DNA of 62,014 bases, counting the filler. It is 12 parts of 12 records of this genome, joined end to end, with 100 filler letters (N's around TTAATTAATTAA, not from the genome) between each part and the next. Parts side by side here need not be neighbours in the genome. Positions count along the whole stretch, not along the records: positions 33,851 to 37,712 come from SRR7504441_23659; positions 37,813 to 41,995 come from SRR7504441_23708; positions 42,096 to 46,301 come from SRR7504441_23712; positions 46,402 to 51,587 come from SRR7504441_23718; 8 more parts are not named here. One strand, 5' to 3'. The position numbers were made by a program, and so were the translations under genes. Positions 36,422 through 46,469 of this stretch are shown here, piece after piece. Position 1 is the first letter of the stretch; every line of letters begins with the position of its first letter. The notes under the pieces were generated by a model that was not told where the DNA came from, made no database searches, and was given only the letters and a program-made list of their open reading frames with translations.

Positions 36422-37483
36422 TTATTCTCCCTGGGCCATGTGGGGGTCGTTGGGCGCCACAAAGCCGTTATCAAGCACCCTGAACCTCGGCGCAGCGCCT
36501 GGCTGGATGTTGGCCGGAATCCCTAACGCGTAAGTTGACAAGCACTCCGCCGGCTGGTCGGTATGCGGCACTTCGGCCAACCGCGAGCTGGTTGCCCCGG
36601 GGCAGCGAATCTGGGGGTACCGTGGGTCTTCCAGGCACTTAGCCGAGCTCTCTTTCAAGCCCTTGTGTGCTTGCTGTACTAACGGATCGACTGACTCGAC
36701 CTTCAACACCTCCGGGCGCAACGCGTCCACAATCCGCTGCAGGCCCGCTGCCGTTCCGTTGAGGTCCTTCACCTCCAAGCAGAGCAGGCTGGCAGGGCAG
36801 TCTGTGGCCGCAAAGGCAGAAAACATGTCCGGGCAGCAGCAGCTAGCGGCCAGCGTGTGGGTCCAACCCTCGCAGCTGTCGCGAGTGGCCACCGCCGTGA
36901 TTCGGGTCAGTTGATCGGGCAGCTGGGTCGGGTCTATCACAGTGACCGAGATTGCCACACGCGTATGCGCCGCCTGCTGGTCCTCGCCCCACTGCGTGTG
37001 CCTGCTGCCTCGCGAGAGCATCAACCGCGCATACGCATCGAGCCCGGCCTGCCGCTCGGCCTCCCTAGTCCGGTTCACGAAGCTCTGATTGGTCCAAGCC
37101 ATAGTCTCCCACACGCTGCCGTTAGCCAGGCAAACCACCATCGACCGCACCCCGAGAGTCCTCCTCAGCGCGTCTGCCAGCCACAGCTCGCCGGCGGCCT
37201 CGGTCGCGAGCGGGTCGGCAATACTCGCCTGGCTGGTCCGCCAGGCGGTGTGCAGCCAGCTGGCCTGGAGCAGCAGGTGCCCGTGCAGCCAGTCTACTTC
37301 GACTACCTGAGCCGACTTGCCCCGCGACAGGCAGTGCTGGATGGTCGGGTTGGACGGCACGGCCGGCCATGGGGCGGACCAGTCGGTCGGCACCGGCAGC
37401 CGGCTGCCAGCCAGGCCCACAGCGGCTCCGAGCGTCCCGGAGGCCGAGGCCAGCAGCGCTAGGTGGCCGGCAGCCGGCACCAT
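36422..37483 (-). CDS. Hypothetical protein with hydrophobic N-terminus
   Basis: 353-aa ORF ending at AT-rich intergenic DNA. No family recognised and the start is uncertain. Confidence 0.45.
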   Translation of the reverse strand: MVPAAGHLALLASASGTLGAAVGLAGSRLPVPTDWSAPWPAVPSNPTIQHCLSRGKSAQVVEVDWLHGHLLLQASWLHTAWRTSQASIADPLATEAAGELWLADALRRTLGVRSMVVCLANGSVWETMAWTNQSFVNRTREAERQAGLDAYARLMLSRGSRHTQWGEDQQAAHTRVAISVTVIDPTQLPDQLTRITAVATRDSCEGWTHTLAASCCCPDMFSAFAATDCPASLLCLEVKDLNGTAAGLQRIVDALRPEVLKVESVDPLVQQAHKGLKESSAKCLEDPRYPQIRCPGATSSRLAEVPHTDQPAECLSTYALGIPANIQPGAAPRFRVLDNGFVAPNDPHMAQGE

Positions 37484-37712
37484 GAATCCTTCCGTAGCCC
37501 TCCGCCAGCTGCCTCAGCTCCGCTACATTTCCTTCGTCCTCCATGATTTCCGGCGATAGTGAAGCCATAACGATTTTACGTCCGGCATCCCTCTCCTGTT
37601 CATCAGCAATGCGCGCGCTTGCGCACATGCTCCCTGCGTTGTTCCTCTTCTTCCTGCAGGCGCAAACTGACAGAGGCCTTCTCTTTTCCGCGCCTGTTGA
37701 TTACAACGGGCT

Positions 37713-37812
37713 NNNNNNNNNNNNNNNNNNNNNNNNNNNNNNNNNNNNNNNNNNNNTTAATTAATTAANNNNNNNNNNNNNNNNNNNNNNNNNNNNNNNN
37801 NNNNNNNNNNNN
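37713..37812. other. Artificial contig linker
   Basis: N44-TTAATTAATTAA-N44. Confidence 0.98.
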
Positions 37813-39132
37813 CCGCCCGAGAGTGACCGAAACCGCAAGTCTCCGTACTCAAACTGGCCGGCAACACTGAACAGCATCTTGCGTCGCCCACCCGACACTC
37901 GAATGGGGAGCCCGGTCGACTGGGTTTTGCCCACGGTAAGGGTGCTGCCGGAGCTAAGCACGCTGCAGACGGGCGACCTGCTCCTGTTCGCCTCCACCTG
38001 GCCCGTCACCCTGCCGGTCCCTCCGTTCCGCCCGGCGGGCTGACCGCGCGGCAGCTGCGGATCGCGCTCAAGACCAACTTTTCGCACTGCGGGCTGGTGG
38101 TCCGGCGGCCGGCCGGGCTGTTCGTGCTCGAGGCCATGCCCGTCGCCGGGGTCACGCTCTACCCGCTCCACCAGCGTGAGCTTGGCCCCCGCCGCCCTCC
38201 GACCGGCCGGCAGGCGCCCGGGAGCTCGGGTTGTGGTGCCCGCTGCTCTGCAGCCGCCGGCTGCTGGTGGGCAGGCCCAGGCGTGGCAGCTCAGCCGGCG
38301 GGTAGGCGGCCGCCGATGCGGACGGTTCGATGCGTGCGCGTCTGTCGGAGTGGGTCGATTCGATCGTGGGCCGGGGCTACGAGTGGAACCTGCCCAAGCT
38401 GGCCACCTCGCTCCTCCTCCGCCAGTGGCAGGCGCCCCGGCCCGGCCGGCCGGTCCGAGCTGGTCGGTGCAGGAGCAGACTGGGTTCGAGCTGCCGCTGC
38501 TCCGGGCCCCGGCCGTGGACGACGCAGTCTCATGCTCGGAGCTAGGTGGGTCCCCTCCGGCTCAGCTGAGCGTGGGGCAGTGGCCATGGCCTACCAGGCG
38601 GTGGGGCTTCTCCCGGCCGGCCCACAGGCCCAGCAGTACCACCCGGCCCATTTCCTGGCCCAGCCGCTCCAGCCGCCGGCCAGGCTGGGCCCTCAGTTCC
38701 CTGTAGCCTACCACAGCCATGTGGTACCTGCACTCGTCTCCCAGCCACGCGGCATCCAGCCGGACGTGCTGTACGCGGCCGGCCTGGCCACCGCTGTGGT
38801 CTCGGCGGGGCTGGCGGCCCACCAGTGGCTGAGCATCTTCCAGTCGGCCCGGACGCTCTGTTCGAGAGGCCACAGACTGCTCAGAGCCAGGCTGTAGTGC
38901 CCTGCAGGTCGCGGCCGGCTCAGATCGGCTTCCAGTGCACTCGGGCCGCGTGAGTGAACGCTTGGTTGGGATCGAGGCAGCAACACCAACTCGGCCTCCG
39001 GGGCTGCTCGTCCCATCTGGCACCGCGCACAAATCGACCGCCGCTGGGCGATCCCGGCAACCCGGTGGGCAGCCTGTGATGTGGCAATCTGGACATAGCG
39101 GCGCTATTGCGGCACCGCATGGACACCGCTAG
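37813..39132 (+). CDS. Circularly permuted NlpC/P60 (YiiX/YebB-like papain-fold amidase) protein, multi-exon
   Basis: Spliced motifs occur in family order: LQTGDLLLF, FSHCGLVV, VLEA, GRGYE and SCSELVAMAYQAVGLL (His before Cys). Both ends are approximate. Confidence 0.65.
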
Positions 39133-39329
39133 CCAATTTGCGTCGTTGAGCATGCCCAGCGCCAACGGAACTCCTGTCCACACAGACTCCGTGCAAACAC
39201 CTAAGAAGATGAAGTTATGAAGAGTAGGAAAAGAAAAGGAATCGAGGCCGACATAGGGTCTGTTCCTGTTCGTTGTCATTAATTAATTATTTTAATCGAT
39301 AGTAACCTAACAGTCGAAACGGTGATTTA

Positions 39330-41963
39330 TTACACTTGAGAGGCAGCTGCACTCGCTGGGTCGTCGCCGGCAATTTCTATCTGCATTGCGTCATCTGCTT
39401 GGCCCTCGGGCCCTGCCCCTCCTAGCTCTGTTATAGCAAGTGGGTCCACTGCGAGCGCAGCAGGGTCTGGCACCACCACCTCTCTTATGAAGTCTTGAAA
39501 CCTCTGAGCGTAGTCGTCTGGCGGCACGGCCGAGATGTGGAACGGGTCGTACACCAGCGACTTGGCCACGTGCTCCGCGGCCTTCCTGGCGCTATACGGT
39601 ATCAGAATGTCGATGATTCCAACAAAGTAGACAAACCGTCCGGGCGAGCCGTCTGGGTTGACTGAACGTATCCCGCCGGAGTCGCGCTCGAAGCAGGGCG
39701 CACTCGGGTCGTGGATCAGCTCGCAGTCGGGCGGGTCGAGCTCGTGGATCCCGAGCAGCAGTGAGTAGTCCATGATCTTCATCTGGGCCAGCAGATCCGA
39801 GTCCTGCACCACCGTCCGGAGCAGCTCCTCCCGCACCCGATCCGGGAGCATGAGCTTGTCGGCCGGGCTATCTATGAAGTCCAAGTCCTTGAGCGCGACC
39901 GAGTTCTCCTGTCGCTCCTCCAGAGTGGAGATCCGGCCCTGGGTCGAGCCCTTGAGATCATACCGCCGGTGCGGGGGCCGATCAGTGTAAAACAAGTTGT
40001 TCATCACGAAGAAGAAGCAGCGCTGGACCGAGTTGTTAAGGGTGTCGGTGATCTTGAGCTTGTACAGCCCGAGCAGGCGGGAGAGCAGGGTGTTGGGGTG
40101 CTCAGTCACGTGTTTGTGGTACATCGGGAGCACCTGCCGGAACTTGAAGAACTCCTCCATGCTGATCGTCTTGACCATGAACCGCATGTCGTGAGAAAAG
40201 TAAAAGAACGAGCCGCTCTTGCCCTCAGACATGATCTCGGACAGCGAGCACAGGTTACCGAGCAGCAGACTGCTCATCAGCCCTTCCGGGCCGAGGCTGG
40301 CGACATACTCGTCTGGTGAGATGTTGAAAGCCTCTCTGATCTGGGCAAACGCCATCCCGCCATAGTCGCAGAACTCGTACAGCGTGCTCAGCTGCTCTTC
40401 CTGCTCGTCCGACATGTGCGGCGGGAGCTCCTGGGACGGCAAGGCAATCACCCGCTTTTGCTCAAAGTCTTGGGTGGTGAGCGGCCTGTGGTTGTCTTTT
40501 GTTATAACCGACTTCTTTATCCCGAGCATCATCTTGAGCATCATATGCCAGCTCCGGCTCATAAACCCGACCGACACCCCCTTCCGCGCCACCTGCAGCT
40601 TCTTCTGGCTCGAATCGGCGAATCCGAGCCTCTTGACGATCTCTGGCGAGCTCATCATCCCGTTGATGAACTGCTGCTTGTCGATCTCGTTCCCCTGGTG
40701 CAGCTCCGAGAAGACCTGCCGCATGCTCGGCAGCACCATGCTCGAGGAGGTCAGGTGCATCGATACAAACTCGCGGTCCATCTCTGCGAACAGCTGGTTG
40801 ACTTCGTCCTCGGAGATGGTGCCGTTCCCGTCGATGTCGTACATGTCAAACGCAAACGCCAGCTTGTCCTCCACGCTCCCTTGCATCATGATGTACATGG
40901 CGGTCAGGAACTGCGAGATGGTGATCCTGTTCTGGCCTGTCCCGGCGAACTGGTCGAACAGCCGGTTGGCGATCAGCGACTCCTGCATCCCGACCACATC
41001 AAACGCCTGCATGAACGCGGCCCTGGTCAGCCACTCGCCGCCCTCGCTCATGTCCAGGAACTGCTCGTGCAGCGCCCCGAGCTCCTTTAGCGAGAACTTG
41101 GGGAACTGCTGCTTGAACTTCTGAATCACCTTGTCTTCCCGGGCGGCCTTTGACAGACAGCACGCCTTCAGAACGGTCCCAGGCGTTTTAATGATCCCTG
41201 CGGCTGTGTACACAAACCACTGGACCACACCGATGGCCGGCCGGGCCGCCAGCCCGAACAGCCCCTTGGCCAGCCCCTTGAGCAGCCCGGCCGCCCCGTA
41301 GACCTTGGTGTTGATGTAAGGGTCCCAGCACAGCCCTATCAGCGCGTACGCAAACGCCCGGAGCAGGTGCTTGCCGCCCAGCCAGGCCCCGTCACAGATG
41401 TGCCGCGGCCCGATCCGGCGGGCGTGCACCAGGGTGCATTTGATGTCCATGGCCAGCATGGGGCCCTCCTCCTCCAGCTCGGTCAGGGGCAGCTCCACCC
41501 TGAGCTTGGTGTTGAACGGGTGCAGATGCTCCACCAAGTTCATCGCCGTGTCGCATAAGAGCCGCCCGGCGATGTGCCCCCCTTGCACCGTCCCGTGGTT
41601 CGACACCTGCACCGTCGGCCCGGACCGGACCGGGGTGCTGAAGCTGCCGGCCGGGCCCAGGTCGGACTGCTTTAGCCGCAGCTGCAGGATCTTTGGGTCG
41701 TACTCCTGCCCGCGCCGGCGGGCCGGGCTGCCGGCTGGCTGCGGGGCTGCCTTCTCGTACAGGGTGGTGTGCAGCACTACGGTGTGGTTGAACATGGCGG
41801 TCCCGAGCTCGTCGGCCACCCTGGCCTTGGTCTTGGAGTTCTGCCGCTTGTAGTTGAACTTCAAGTAATGCGGCAGCCCAGGGGTCACGTTATCTACCCG
41901 CTCCAGGAAGATCACCACCACCGCCGGGTGCGCCTCCCCCGAGTGCCTAATGTGCAGCGGCAT
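39330..41963 (-). CDS. Phosphatidylinositol-phosphate kinase (PIP5K) fused to NT-C2-like, ATG2/VPS13-C-like and calcineurin-B/NCS-type EF-hand regions; intronless
   Basis: Kinase motifs GKSGSFFYFSHDMRFMVKTI, YDLKGS, KDLDF, IMDYSLLLGIH and GIIDIL. EF-hand AFDMYDIDGNGTISEDE. Confidence 0.9.
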   Translation of the reverse strand: MPLHIRHSGEAHPAVVVIFLERVDNVTPGLPHYLKFNYKRQNSKTKARVADELGTAMFNHTVVLHTTLYEKAAPQPAGSPARRRGQEYDPKILQLRLKQSDLGPAGSFSTPVRSGPTVQVSNHGTVQGGHIAGRLLCDTAMNLVEHLHPFNTKLRVELPLTELEEEGPMLAMDIKCTLVHARRIGPRHICDGAWLGGKHLLRAFAYALIGLCWDPYINTKVYGAAGLLKGLAKGLFGLAARPAIGVVQWFVYTAAGIIKTPGTVLKACCLSKAAREDKVIQKFKQQFPKFSLKELGALHEQFLDMSEGGEWLTRAAFMQAFDVVGMQESLIANRLFDQFAGTGQNRITISQFLTAMYIMMQGSVEDKLAFAFDMYDIDGNGTISEDEVNQLFAEMDREFVSMHLTSSSMVLPSMRQVFSELHQGNEIDKQQFINGMMSSPEIVKRLGFADSSQKKLQVARKGVSVGFMSRSWHMMLKMMLGIKKSVITKDNHRPLTTQDFEQKRVIALPSQELPPHMSDEQEEQLSTLYEFCDYGGMAFAQIREAFNISPDEYVASLGPEGLMSSLLLGNLCSLSEIMSEGKSGSFFYFSHDMRFMVKTISMEEFFKFRQVLPMYHKHVTEHPNTLLSRLLGLYKLKITDTLNNSVQRCFFFVMNNLFYTDRPPHRRYDLKGSTQGRISTLEERQENSVALKDLDFIDSPADKLMLPDRVREELLRTVVQDSDLLAQMKIMDYSLLLGIHELDPPDCELIHDPSAPCFERDSGGIRSVNPDGSPGRFVYFVGIIDILIPYSARKAAEHVAKSLVYDPFHISAVPPDDYAQRFQDFIREVVVPDPAALAVDPLAITELGGAGPEGQADDAMQIEIAGDDPASAAASQV

Positions 41964-41995
41964 TTGGCGTTCACTCGGCCCGCGATGAGGCCCCC

Positions 41996-42095
41996 NNNNN
42001 NNNNNNNNNNNNNNNNNNNNNNNNNNNNNNNNNNNNNNNTTAATTAATTAANNNNNNNNNNNNNNNNNNNNNNNNNNNNNNNNNNNNNNNNNNNN
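41996..42095. other. Artificial contig linker
   Basis: N44-TTAATTAATTAA-N44. Confidence 0.98.
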
Positions 42096-42252
42096 TGAGT
42101 TGCCACATCGCGTTAGTTACACTGCGATTAAAATTTACATGCACTTGAGCATGATTGAGTCTCGTATTCATAATTAATTTACATGTACATGTCCATGTAC
42201 AGACTCGTACACGTAGACTCGTACGTATGAATCTCGTGAGAATCTATGACAA

Positions 42253-43866
42253 TCAATCCCACAACACAGGGGCACCGAGCCGTTGATGCTTGCGGCACCC
42301 GGTTTCATTCTCTTGACTGTGCGCGACTGAGGCGAGGAAGTCGTTCATCAGCTTGCTCATCCTTTCGAACTGGTCTGGCTCGGCCTGCGACAAGTCGTGC
42401 AACTCATGGTAATCCTCGTCCAAATTAAACAGGAGAGTGGCTGTAGACAAGTTCTTCCACGAATCATACGGCGGCTGTGCCGAGCACTGGCCAATCCCCG
42501 GGTTGTGCACAAGCTTCCAGTTGTTGTCGATCAGCGCGTGCTGCCCTCCCGTGCAGTCAAACCCCAGAGGCTTGGGCCGAAGCACAGTCGACTGGGCGGA
42601 GCTTGCCTGTACGATTCCACCCGGCGCGAGCAGATCGAGCCCATCCATGATCCAGTCCGGGTTATCCGATTCCACACCGAGCAAGCCCATGATGGTGGGC
42701 AGGAAATCGGCCGTGGTGGCTGGCGTGCTGATGTTCTTGTTTTGCAAGATTTGGCGCGGGTAGTGCACCAAGCCTGGCACGCGGATGCCGCCTTCAAACA
42801 CTGACGCTTTGCACTGGCGGAGAAAGTTGGTCGACCAGTGTATATCGGTCCGCTCTTGGCCTTGGTGCGGCCCGTTGTCCGCTGTGTAGAATATGGCTGT
42901 GTCGTCTGCCACACCCGAGTCTTTGAGCAGCTTGAGCAGCCGTCCGACCTGGCTGTCCCACATGGTGAGTGCGCCTAGATAGTCGGGGTCCTTCGAATAC
43001 ATGTCGTAGAACTTGGGCATTGCCGGGTGCGGCTCGTGTATCGCGTGGAAGCAAATATGTGCGAGCCATGAATTGTTCTGCTGTCTGTGAAGGAATTGCT
43101 CAAACTGATCCACAAGGAACTCTGAGTCGTCTCCTTGCACCTTGCTCGGCAGTGCACTGACCGTACGCGGGTCGCTGGCGTTCGGGTAGTAATAGTTGGT
43201 GCACGGATAGCACCAGTCTGAAGCCCGGCCGCCCCCCAGCACGCATCGGTCTCCCTCCGGTAAGATGTTGCTATACCCACTAGGCGGCCGCGGGCCCGGA
43301 TCGGCGTGATGCTCGGGGAAGCAGCCGCAGTTCGGCATAGAGTTGGAGGCCTCGGCTTGGGTGGTCATCCACTCGTCGAATCCGTGGTCGGCCGGCGAGG
43401 ACACGGACCACTTGCTCGGGCTCATCCCGGGCAGCTTCTTGTCCCAAAGGTCGCCCAGGTGCCATTTGCCCAGGTGGATCGTGGCCATCCCCCGCTTCTT
43501 CGCCGCGTCCGCCACTGTGAACTCGCTCCAGGGCAGCCCGCCCTCCCGGCCCATGCTGCAAGTCGGCGCTGGATCTTCGCTGCAGCACGGGAGCGCCGAG
43601 TCGATGCAATCGCGGTTGTTGGTCCGGCCGGTCAGCAGCGCGGCTCGTGTCGGTGAGCACACCGAGGCGGCGGCGTAGAACCTGTGGAAGAGCGCGGTGT
43701 GCTGGGAGGCCTGCAGCTCGGCCAGGTTGGGAGTCCGGGCGCAGAGCCCTGTAGAGTTTTCGCAGTTGTACTCCGTGTCGCCCCAGCCCTGGTCGTCGGT
43801 CAGCAGGATCAGGATGTTGGGCGGGCGGCGCGCAGCAGCTGCAGCCACCACCATGAGCAGCGCCAC
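42253..43866 (-). CDS. Formylglycine-dependent sulfatase, intronless
   Basis: PNILILLTDDQG, CSPTRAALLTGR, GKWHLG, ADNG and EGGIRVP. Confidence 0.95.
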   Translation of the reverse strand: MALLMVVAAAAARRPPNILILLTDDQGWGDTEYNCENSTGLCARTPNLAELQASQHTALFHRFYAAASVCSPTRAALLTGRTNNRDCIDSALPCCSEDPAPTCSMGREGGLPWSEFTVADAAKKRGMATIHLGKWHLGDLWDKKLPGMSPSKWSVSSPADHGFDEWMTTQAEASNSMPNCGCFPEHHADPGPRPPSGYSNILPEGDRCVLGGGRASDWCYPCTNYYYPNASDPRTVSALPSKVQGDDSEFLVDQFEQFLHRQQNNSWLAHICFHAIHEPHPAMPKFYDMYSKDPDYLGALTMWDSQVGRLLKLLKDSGVADDTAIFYTADNGPHQGQERTDIHWSTNFLRQCKASVFEGGIRVPGLVHYPRQILQNKNISTPATTADFLPTIMGLLGVESDNPDWIMDGLDLLAPGGIVQASSAQSTVLRPKPLGFDCTGGQHALIDNNWKLVHNPGIGQCSAQPPYDSWKNLSTATLLFNLDEDYHELHDLSQAEPDQFERMSKLMNDFLASVAHSQENETGCRKHQRLGAPVLWD

Positions 43867-43881
43867 AGGCCGCCATTCAAG

Positions 43882-43903
43882 ATTATAACGGCATTATAAC
43901 GGC
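43882..43903. promoter_or_regulatory. Tandem 11-mer ATTATAACGGC x2 in the tiny divergent spacer between the sulfatase and SET genes
   Basis: The exact direct repeat containing TATAA is visible. A promoter role is inferred. Confidence 0.4.
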
Positions 43904-43913
43904 AGGCCCCGCG

Positions 43914-45215
43914 ATGGAGAGCCACGTGGGTGGCTGGGACTGCCCACGGTGCACCAAAACCAACCCGGAGGGGACCGAGTGCTGTGCCGTCTGCCAGGAG
44001 ACCAATCCGGCAGTGCTCCAGCAAATAGCGGCCGGCGATCTTCGCGAGCACAAGATCCTGGCCGGCCGGCGGGAGCACGACAACAGGCTGGCCCTGGAGA
44101 AGAACGAGGAGTTCATCGCCCAAATCCAACAGGCCGAGCAGCCCCGCACTCTGCGCGACCGCAGGACAGCCGCCTCGCCGTCACAGAACGATCCGCCGGT
44201 CGGCGCAGCGAGCGAAGCGGCAGCCCAGGAGCAAAGCGGCGGCAAAGCAACCGCAAAGCGGAAACCTGATCCCAGCAGCGCCAAGGAGCCCGCACAACCG
44301 CCGGCCGAGAAGCGGCAGCGGCCCAGGGAGGCAAAGCCACCGGCCAGACGGCAGGCGGCCAGACGGTCAGCCAAACCGGCGAGCGACCGGACGCGGGAGT
44401 CCAACTGGGAACTGGAGGATACTAGAGCCGGGGTGCTGCGGACTGACGTACAGTTGCACCTGGACGAGCAGCTCCGGGAGCTATACTTGAGCAGAGAGCG
44501 GGGCAGGGACGAGTATTGGGAGCCGGAGCCTCCCAGGGGCTGGCAGGAGAGCGTGCGCGCCGTGATTGGCGCCGGGTGCCACCCTGCAATTTGCGTCAGG
44601 AAGTGCCCCGAGGGCCACCCCCTCGGAAGCGACCATTTCGGGGTATACGCCACTGAAGAGATACGGGCAGGCGCGCTAATTAATGAATATACTGGCGAGG
44701 TTTGCCTCAACCGCGCGGAGGCTGGCGATCAGGCGCATTCGCCGGCCGCTCCACTCGAAATGAGCATATTGAAAGAGCAGCGGGCCAAGCTTGAGGAGAA
44801 GTGGTCGATGGGACTCAAATTTGAGGGTTTGGACATGCTGGACAACGTGAGTATGGTGGTCAAGGCATCGCTCTTCAGGAACGAGATGGCGCTGATCAAC
44901 GACAAGAAGGAGCTGGCCGACTCGCACAATTGTGAGTACGTCACGGTGGTTTGGGACGGATGGCCTCGCATCTTGGTGCGGGCCACTGCCAACATAGCGC
45001 GGGGCGACGAGCTTTTGGCCGATTACGGCCCAGAATATTGGGACGAGCTTGCCAATGCTGAGCGGGCCAATGCTGAAGGGATAGAGTGCCAGAAGGCATG
45101 GGAGCATCAAGGTATGTCCAAGCAGCTGGCTAGGCTCCGCGAAGGAGGAATGCTCACGAAAGATCAATACGAGGAGGAGATTCGAAAGCTAGGCCCCGTA
45201 GTATTAGATAACTAA
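43914..45215 (+). CDS. RanBP2-type zinc finger + SET domain + SHOCT-like C-terminal protein, intronless
   Basis: WDCPRCTKTN...CAVC, then FGVYATEEIRAGALINEYTGEV...LIND...HNC...IARGDELLADYGPEYW, then LARLREGGMLTKDQYEEEIRKL. Confidence 0.85.
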   Translation: MESHVGGWDCPRCTKTNPEGTECCAVCQETNPAVLQQIAAGDLREHKILAGRREHDNRLALEKNEEFIAQIQQAEQPRTLRDRRTAASPSQNDPPVGAASEAAAQEQSGGKATAKRKPDPSSAKEPAQPPAEKRQRPREAKPPARRQAARRSAKPASDRTRESNWELEDTRAGVLRTDVQLHLDEQLRELYLSRERGRDEYWEPEPPRGWQESVRAVIGAGCHPAICVRKCPEGHPLGSDHFGVYATEEIRAGALINEYTGEVCLNRAEAGDQAHSPAAPLEMSILKEQRAKLEEKWSMGLKFEGLDMLDNVSMVVKASLFRNEMALINDKKELADSHNCEYVTVVWDGWPRILVRATANIARGDELLADYGPEYWDELANAERANAEGIECQKAWEHQGMSKQLARLREGGMLTKDQYEEEIRKLGPVVLDN

Positions 45216-45281
45216 TTATTGTTAGACTATAGACTATGTGCACATAAAGCCTCTGTATTTGCTTCAAACTCTTAAGTTCCA

Positions 45282-46301
45282 TCATATGCCCCAGCCTCTT
45301 CTTCTTTGATCTTCAACCAGTGACTCAACTCTTGGTGCCCACACAACCGCGCCTTGTCCGAGGCCCGGTGCCCCACCTGCCAACCCCACACTCCAGCTGT
45401 ACATAAATGTAAACAATCGTACATTTGTGGCGGTCTGGAGCAACGCTTTGTGCTCCACCAGCAACTGGCAGATGGGCAAGCTGTTCTGCGCGGCTGCCAG
45501 CATCAGCGGTGTCCGCAGCCAGGTGCTGCATGCGTTTGGCTCGGCCTTGGCCTCGAGCAGCAGCTGCACCGCCTGCAGCTGATTCCCAGACACCTGCCGC
45601 AGCTCAAGCCTGCAGCTATGATTCTTGAGCACCGCCCAGTGCAGAGGGGTCCTCTGCCGCGTGTCGCCAACCGCGCTGTAGTTTACATCAGCTCCTGCGG
45701 CCAGCGCCTCTACCATCTTGTTGTATGACCTATGATACGATGCCCAATACAGTTCCACACTCGCCCTTTCTGAGCTCACCTCCAGCGGCACCACGATCTC
45801 TTCCACTAGAGCTGTGTTCCCTCTCAGAATTCCCACCGCCGGAGAGCATGGCTTACTACCGGCCAACTCCCCCGTCTGAGCTCTCTGGCTGGTATCTTCA
45901 GCGGGCGCTGCCTGTGTCGAGCTCACCTCGTTCGCAGCAGCTGTGGACTGTCTCCTCAGACGAACCTCATCAGACTGGTCCAGATCTATCTCGAAGCCTG
46001 TTTCCATCTTCTCTAATAGCGACAGCAACTTCCGGTGGTCCGAGTGTGGCGACAGCCAGCGTGGCGCCAGTGTCTTCTGCTCCACATATCCCATCCGAGG
46101 CGCCAGCATGTGTGCCACGTCTATCGGGCGGCGGCCCTGTATGTCAGCCAGGTTTATATCTGCCCCGCCTCTGAGCAGCAAGTCCCACTCGGTGTCGTAG
46201 AAGGCTGCCACGTGCAACGGACTGACGGAGTCCATCGTAGTGACACAATTGACTAGCGCGTCGGCCTGAAGCAGCATCCGCACCAGCTGAGCTCGCTGCT
46301 C
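45282..46301 (-). CDS. Ankyrin-repeat protein, 5'-truncated
   Basis: SVSPLHVAAFY, RTPLHWAV and RTPLMLAA. Confidence 0.8.
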   Translation of the reverse strand, partial: EQRAQLVRMLLQADALVNCVTTMDSVSPLHVAAFYDTEWDLLLRGGADINLADIQGRRPIDVAHMLAPRMGYVEQKTLAPRWLSPHSDHRKLLSLLEKMETGFEIDLDQSDEVRLRRQSTAAANEVSSTQAAPAEDTSQRAQTGELAGSKPCSPAVGILRGNTALVEEIVVPLEVSSERASVELYWASYHRSYNKMVEALAAGADVNYSAVGDTRQRTPLHWAVLKNHSCRLELRQVSGNQLQAVQLLLEAKAEPNACSTWLRTPLMLAAAQNSLPICQLLVEHKALLQTATNVRLFTFMYSWSVGLAGGAPGLGQGAVVWAPRVESLVEDQRRRGWGI

Positions 46302-46401
46302 NNNNNNNNNNNNNNNNNNNNNNNNNNNNNNNNNNNNNNNNNNNNTTAATTAATTAANNNNNNNNNNNNNNNNNNNNNNNNNNNNNNNNNNNNNNNNNNN
46401 N
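46302..46401. other. Artificial contig linker
   Basis: N44-TTAATTAATTAA-N44. Confidence 0.98.
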
Positions 46402-46469
46402 GCACTGATCGTTTTTAAAATATTTTCAAGATTCATCTCTTTTTAATTGACAAATGGGTCCACGCGGTC

